DNA of 64,000 nt, from positions 64,001-128,000 of the forward strand of contig JAVJWO010000193.1 in the NCBI GenBank assembly GCA_040222015.1, read 5' to 3'. Below the pieces are notes generated by a model. That model was not told the origin of the DNA. It worked only from the letters and a program-made list of their open reading frames with translations, and made no database searches. Source of the stretch: Coleofasciculus chthonoplastes F2-STO-03 (GTDB taxonomy: Bacteria; Cyanobacteriota; Cyanobacteriia; Cyanobacteriales; Coleofasciculaceae). The translations under genes and the position numbers were made by a program. The stretch's first letter is position 1. Each line of letters begins with the position of its first letter. Below are positions 59,265 through 64,000 of this stretch, in pieces.

Positions 59265-60128
59265 TTACGGCTTTTTACTGAGCGCATTCTTGACATCAAT
59301 TAAAATTGGTGGCAGCAATTTCTTGAAGACATTTTTTCCTGTTACTTTAGATTGCTTTTTCTTTAATTGTTCGTTGATATCAGCCTGAAATTGCGTGGTA
59401 TGAGAATCAGAAATCTCTTCCGCTGGGCGTCCATTACTGTAGTAATAAAGGGCTAGCGACTTGCGCGTCCGGTCTTCTGGGCAAGTCAACGGATGAGGAT
59501 GTCCATGATAAGAAAAGTCAGTGGTGCTAAAAATAACACAGCGATTAAATAGGGGCAGAATCTGTTTTTCACAACGAGTCGCATCCCGGTTCCAAAGTTC
59601 TAGATGACCACCATACTCGTCTTGCCAGTCTTTATTCAGATATAGTAAGAGATTTAATCGCCGATCCAGGTTCAGTCGGGTATGACGATTAAAATCAACG
59701 TGAACCTTGAGATATCCCCCTGTTTCAATTTGATGAAGACCACCGCCGACAAAGTGAGGGTCAGGAATTATCCCTGAAATTCCGGTCAGCTTCTCTAAAA
59801 AACTAATAAACGTAGAAGAATTCAATTGATAGAGAAGAATACGGGTCATCTCCCCCATTTGTAATTCCGTTTTCGAGGCTAGTTTTTTAGACCCTGCTCC
59901 ATCAAACTTTTGCCAATCAATTTTCTTCGGATCAGGAAATTCACTCAAGATACTATCGAGTACAGATTCGGGTAAAAAGTCATCGATAACAATGTGAGGA
60001 AAGGGTTGAGCTTGCTGATAGGTATCCTGATACTTAGTTGCTAACTCATCTAAATAGTCTGGATTGAAACAAAACTTTAAGGGGATATCCCGATGATTTT
60101 TCTGTGGATGGTTTTCGGTTTGTGTCAT
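59265..60128 (-). CDS. 2OG-Fe(II) oxygenase
   Basis: PFPHIVIDDFL, GGGLH, HVDFN, GGHLELW, SYHG, RKSLALYYY. Confidence 0.9.
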   Translation of the reverse strand: MTQTENHPQKNHRDIPLKFCFNPDYLDELATKYQDTYQQAQPFPHIVIDDFLPESVLDSILSEFPDPKKIDWQKFDGAGSKKLASKTELQMGEMTRILLYQLNSSTFISFLEKLTGISGIIPDPHFVGGGLHQIETGGYLKVHVDFNRHTRLNLDRRLNLLLYLNKDWQDEYGGHLELWNRDATRCEKQILPLFNRCVIFSTTDFSYHGHPHPLTCPEDRTRKSLALYYYSNGRPAEEISDSHTTQFQADINEQLKKKQSKVTGKNVFKKLLPPILIDVKNALSKKP

Positions 60129-60173
60129 AATAAAGTCTCTTTTGTTTGTCAGCTAAAATAGGTGTTGATTGCT

Positions 60174-61070
60174 CTACTGAAGCCATTGGCTCAGGTCTTT
60201 ATGAATCAGATCCTGAAGTTTGAGAATATCGGGTGTATAACTCTGGGTTAACTCCCAGCGTAATTTTGGGTCAAGTTGAGGCTTAAAGCTATTTTTAGCT
60301 GTAATCGCTTGCCACAGCTTTTTCCTAACGCCAGCCGGGATTATCCGCTTTGCTAGCAGTTTAGCTGGGTTTTGCTGGTTCGTCAATTCATGAATAAGCG
60401 GATTTTTCGCAAAAAAGCGTTCATTGTGCTTAGTTTTGACATCCGGTTGGAAATCCGGATCGACTCCTAGATAACTATACATATCTCGAATTATATCGAG
60501 AGGGTTAGCCTTTAAGTCATCAAATAAGTAGGTACGGACTTGTGACTCTCCAAATAAAGCCTGAAAACGTTTGATCTGTTCAGCGTAAAACCCTTGTTGT
60601 TTATAGTGCCAACTGGGTCCCCAATTAGACTGAATCCGTTCACCTTCCTGAATCAGGGCATCGGAAAAACTCAGGGGCTCGTGACCCAGCCATTTGGTAT
60701 GAAGATAATGGGAAAAAGCTCGCTCCGCTGGTTGCCTGAGAATTACGATCAGTTTGACTTTGGGGAAACGTTTGTAGATTCTCAGAGGAACCTCTTTATT
60801 ATAAAGATAACTCGGTGTAGCTTCTCCCACAGCTATCTCATCTTTCGCGGACTCGAACAAAGCTCTATAGTCCCCAAATGTTTTGATAGACTTTTCGTAT
60901 ATTATCTGATCGTGGGGGTGAGAAAAACGCCTGGTTTCTCCATCCCACTGAAAAAACTTGGTTTCTTTGATGGGACTCATGTAAACTTGTGGATGCTGTT
61001 TTAAATAGTTATATACTGAAGTCGTACCCGCCTTGACTGCACCAATTACCATAAAGTTAATTAATTCCAT
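60174..61070 (-). CDS. PAPS-dependent sulfotransferase
   Basis: IGAVKAGTTS, KETKFF, GEATPSY, LRQPAERAFS. Confidence 0.92.
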   Translation of the reverse strand: MELINFMVIGAVKAGTTSVYNYLKQHPQVYMSPIKETKFFQWDGETRRFSHPHDQIIYEKSIKTFGDYRALFESAKDEIAVGEATPSYLYNKEVPLRIYKRFPKVKLIVILRQPAERAFSHYLHTKWLGHEPLSFSDALIQEGERIQSNWGPSWHYKQQGFYAEQIKRFQALFGESQVRTYLFDDLKANPLDIIRDMYSYLGVDPDFQPDVKTKHNERFFAKNPLIHELTNQQNPAKLLAKRIIPAGVRKKLWQAITAKNSFKPQLDPKLRWELTQSYTPDILKLQDLIHKDLSQWLQ

Positions 61071-61137
61071 GGTTTATAATCACAATTTATCAATATTTCT
61101 ATTACCTAATGAGTTATACCATTTAGCTGTAAACTTT

Positions 61138-62088
61138 TTACCTTGACCAATGGGATAAGTCACGGTTGAGGAACTCAGCTAATCTCTGATTTTGATCCTT
61201 AAACCGTTCTAAAAGCATTTGACGAGTTTCTGGAAGCATCGGCGGTGGCAGATAAGACTGTTTTTTGCCCCACTCGCCATAATAGGGTAATCCCTTTAAA
61301 ACCTGATAAGCCGCATCGCGCATCCCTTGGGGGAATAATGCTGCAGTACGCTTAACCCCAGGAATTACCTTGAGAGGAGCTGTCAGTTTTGACCGAACAA
61401 ATCCTTCAGCCGCTTCACGCGCTTGGTTTGCCACAACTGGAGTGTCCTGAATTAAATCTATGGTGTTGTCAACACCAATAAAGCAACAAACCTTATCGAG
61501 AATATCTCTTGGATTCTGAATTAAATCCTCCATTAATAGTAAAAGTAACGAGTCTCTGGTAAAATAATTAAGATACAGTTCAATATGCTGCATATAGTCG
61601 CCACTTTCTACCAAATAGGGACGTTCTTTAATTGCGGATTCAAAGGTTGTACGAGGTTTTTGCTCACGGCATTTTATTTCATGGACATGGTGTGAATAAG
61701 CTCGATCCACTGGATGCCGCATGATATAAATTAACTTTACATCTGGGAGCGCCTGAGCAATTCGTTCAGCAGCGTCAGGAAATTTTGGCAACCTGGTGTA
61801 GGTTGTTGAAGCCTCGCCGCACAGTTGGTGGGATTCAGCTTGATCAAAGAGTGAACTGTACCACGTCATCCCGCGCTCATAGATAGCATCAATCGCAAAG
61901 AAATCGGGTTCTTTGGGGGTACTCATATAAACTTGTGGATGCCGACATAAGTATTTATAGAGTGTCGTCGTTCCCGACTTTGCCGCTCCAATAATCAGAA
62001 AGCTGGGTTTGGTCATGGCATAGATTTTTGGGATATTTCCTTTATTATCGATTAATCGTCCTTCAACTGTCCACCTGGGAAAAGTCAC
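61138..62088 (-). CDS. PAPS-dependent sulfotransferase
   Basis: IGAAKSGTTT, KEPDFF, GEASTTY, RHPVDRAYS; true start probably the internal MTKPSF ATG. Confidence 0.9.
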   Translation of the reverse strand: MTFPRWTVEGRLIDNKGNIPKIYAMTKPSFLIIGAAKSGTTTLYKYLCRHPQVYMSTPKEPDFFAIDAIYERGMTWYSSLFDQAESHQLCGEASTTYTRLPKFPDAAERIAQALPDVKLIYIMRHPVDRAYSHHVHEIKCREQKPRTTFESAIKERPYLVESGDYMQHIELYLNYFTRDSLLLLLMEDLIQNPRDILDKVCCFIGVDNTIDLIQDTPVVANQAREAAEGFVRSKLTAPLKVIPGVKRTAALFPQGMRDAAYQVLKGLPYYGEWGKKQSYLPPPMLPETRQMLLERFKDQNQRLAEFLNRDLSHWSR

Positions 62089-63178
62089 CCCGTTTATGTC
62101 GTTCTATCGCTTTGTATAGTGCCGCCTCGAACAATTCAGTTGCTTCATCCCAAGTATAGTTGCTCGCCTTGGCATAAGCCGCATCGGACATGGCTTGCCA
62201 TTCTGCATCAGAGAGACTACAGACTTTCACAATTGCCCCCGCCATATCTTCGGGATCTTCTGGTTGAACCAGTATCCCAGCACAATCACTGAGTAGTTCT
62301 GGCGCTGCACCCGCCGGAGTCCCGATAACGGGTGTGCGACAAGCCATGGCTTCTAGAATTGGCAGACCAAACCCTTCTGAACGACTGCCGAACAGCCAAG
62401 CATCGCACCGACCATACATATCTTTTAGAGTATGTTGTAACGGTTGATGGACATACTCGCTACCGAGGGGTAAGGGTAACTCGGACGATGGTACGGAATG
62501 ACCAAAGGCAACCAGGCGCAGATTGGGGATTTTTTGGGCAGCTAAGGAGAATGCCTTCAGACTGATATCGCATCCTTTCCAATAAACCGGAGAGTACACC
62601 ATACCAACCGTTGGAATCGGCTGTTTACCACGAGGGGGTGTAGAAAACTGTTGTGTATCGACACTATTGGGGACGAAGGAGATATTCCCATCGCCATACT
62701 GAGTTTTCATTAGTTCAACCAACCACTTCGAGATGGCGATTTTATGCATAGGGAGTGAATAGGTGGCGTCCACTCTCCCCTTAGGCAAGTAATCAAATAC
62801 CTCGTGATGTTGAATAAAGTAGACTTTTACGCCTTTGGCTGTAGATAGAGTCGCTATCCACTCAGCCGTTTCCCACCAAGTTGCTACGATTACATCAGCA
62901 TCAGGCACATCTGACTCTGTAACTGGACCTAGGTGATCAAGTACCACATGAGGGACATCCAACTGATCGAAATATGATAACTGACGCTTTGGCACAGATA
63001 TCCAGTCCTCACCTTTGAGAAGAGATTTCACCCGCCTCAATAAACTGGGTTGAGCTTTAGCGGTAGAGACAACCAACACCTCATGACCCCGCCTTTTCAA
63101 CTGATCAGCGTAGATGGCAATGACGCGCATTCCACCTGCCAGACTAAAATAATCCGCAGTAACGAATGTAATTTTCAT
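62063..63178 (-). CDS. GT4 glycosyltransferase
   Basis: AGGMRV, VATWWETA, SRSEGFGLPILEAM. Confidence 0.92.
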   Translation of the reverse strand: MKITFVTADYFSLAGGMRVIAIYADQLKRRGHEVLVVSTAKAQPSLLRRVKSLLKGEDWISVPKRQLSYFDQLDVPHVVLDHLGPVTESDVPDADVIVATWWETAEWIATLSTAKGVKVYFIQHHEVFDYLPKGRVDATYSLPMHKIAISKWLVELMKTQYGDGNISFVPNSVDTQQFSTPPRGKQPIPTVGMVYSPVYWKGCDISLKAFSLAAQKIPNLRLVAFGHSVPSSELPLPLGSEYVHQPLQHTLKDMYGRCDAWLFGSRSEGFGLPILEAMACRTPVIGTPAGAAPELLSDCAGILVQPEDPEDMAGAIVKVCSLSDAEWQAMSDAAYAKASNYTWDEATELFEAALYKAIERHKRGDFSQVDS

Positions 63179-63227
63179 ACATATACAAACCCACGTTTTT
63201 AAATGTTTTTACAGAAAATTACTACAG

Positions 63228-64000
63228 CTAAGACTCCAGCCAAGGGGACAAATCTCGATGAATTAAGTCTTGCAGTTTGATTATATCATCCCGATAGTCT
63301 TCAATCAGTTGTTTTCGTAGCTCTGGCGAAAGTTTCGGCTTGATCATATTTTTGGCTTGGAGATTAGTTTTAAGGCGATCACGCATACGTTTAGGAACGA
63401 AAGGCTTCAAAATCGTTTTCATGGGATTGGCTTGGGTGATCAACTTATGGAATCTCTTATTTTTGGGAATTTTGGATACATTAGATTTATTCTGAAGATT
63501 AGGGATAAATGAATCATCCACATTCAAAAAACGAAATATATCTTGTACTAAATTTAGGGGGGTTTCTTGCAAGTCTTCGTATAGATAAACTCGGATTTTA
63601 TCTCCAGGAAACGCTGAAAAGAAACGTTGAAGCTGAATATAATAAAATCCCCTATGTTTATAGTGAAAAAGAGGACTCCAATTATTTTGTATCCGCCATT
63701 CCTCTTCTTCAAGCACCTGCAAGAAAGTAGAATTATAGGGTTCAAGTTCGCGCTGAACCCAATTGATAAAGTGCGAATAGGCTCTATCTACAGGGTGGCG
63801 AAGTATGGCAATTAATTTGGCTTCAGGTATATAATATTTGATACGTTCAACAGCTTTCGGGATATAGATGTATAATGGACTTGCCTCTCCTATCGCTTTT
63901 TCTTGAGAAACCTCTGTAAAGAGCTGACGATAGATTTCAATGTCCCTGATTCCCTCAATCCGAGTTAGACCACCTGATCCACGCCATTCAAACGTCTGGT
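63228..64000 (-). CDS. PAPS-dependent sulfotransferase, 5' end beyond the window edge
   Basis: Frame is open from the window edge: ...KAIGEASPLY...AILRHPVDRAYSH...FLQVLEEEEWR, continuous with ORF 63228-63722. Confidence 0.88.
   Translation of the reverse strand, partial: QTFEWRGSGGLTRIEGIRDIEIYRQLFTEVSQEKAIGEASPLYIYIPKAVERIKYYIPEAKLIAILRHPVDRAYSHFINWVQRELEPYNSTFLQVLEEEEWRIQNNWSPLFHYKHRGFYYIQLQRFFSAFPGDKIRVYLYEDLQETPLNLVQDIFRFLNVDDSFIPNLQNKSNVSKIPKNKRFHKLITQANPMKTILKPFVPKRMRDRLKTNLQAKNMIKPKLSPELRKQLIEDYRDDIIKLQDLIHRDLSPWLES

Noticed and set aside
63228..63722. Truncated 164-aa sulfotransferase pseudogene
   Set aside because: Frame is open to the window edge; truncation is an artefact of the window
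717..63815. Many short ORFs antisense to or overlapping confident genes (e.g. 717-1094, 4038-4502, 6255-6641, 28787-29110, 41284-41709, 55803-56204)
   Set aside because: Shadow frames of well-supported genes with no recognisable motifs

Overview
Cyanobacterial chromosomal window (psbB-psbT-nrdR-rps1, hemE, a SigC-type group 2 sigma factor, frequent HIP1 GCGATCGC octamers and many small dispersed repeats; probably a repeat-rich filamentous cyanobacterium). Four zones: (1) 1-4.6 kb, a co-oriented array of small accessory genes (UPF0175, broken DUF3368/PIN toxin pieces, Uma2, two DUF29, DUF4058) punctuated by GTAG-REP-like repeat modules and a collapsed copy of part of itself; (2) 4.8-24.2 kb, an LPS/surface-polysaccharide cluster (Wzz-like, CapD/PglF-like dehydratase, O-antigen ligase, Wzt without Wzm, methyltransferases, GT4/GT2/GT-C enzymes); (3) 24.3-41.6 kb, housekeeping genes interrupted between nrdR and rps1 by a ~1.7 kb TnpB-only, IS607-like element whose ends can be read from the sequence; (4) 42.2-64 kb, a probable sulfated-exopolysaccharide cluster with six sulfotransferases, two alkaline-phosphatase-superfamily enzymes, two acetyltransferases, a 2OG-Fe(II) oxygenase, a Wzy/ligase-like protein and a PEP-CTERM protein. 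Several REP-like hairpins, MITEs and small dispersed repeats are nested in one another and inserted in-frame in genes. No rRNA, tRNA or CRISPR array was seen. All assignments come from reading motifs by eye, not from database searches.
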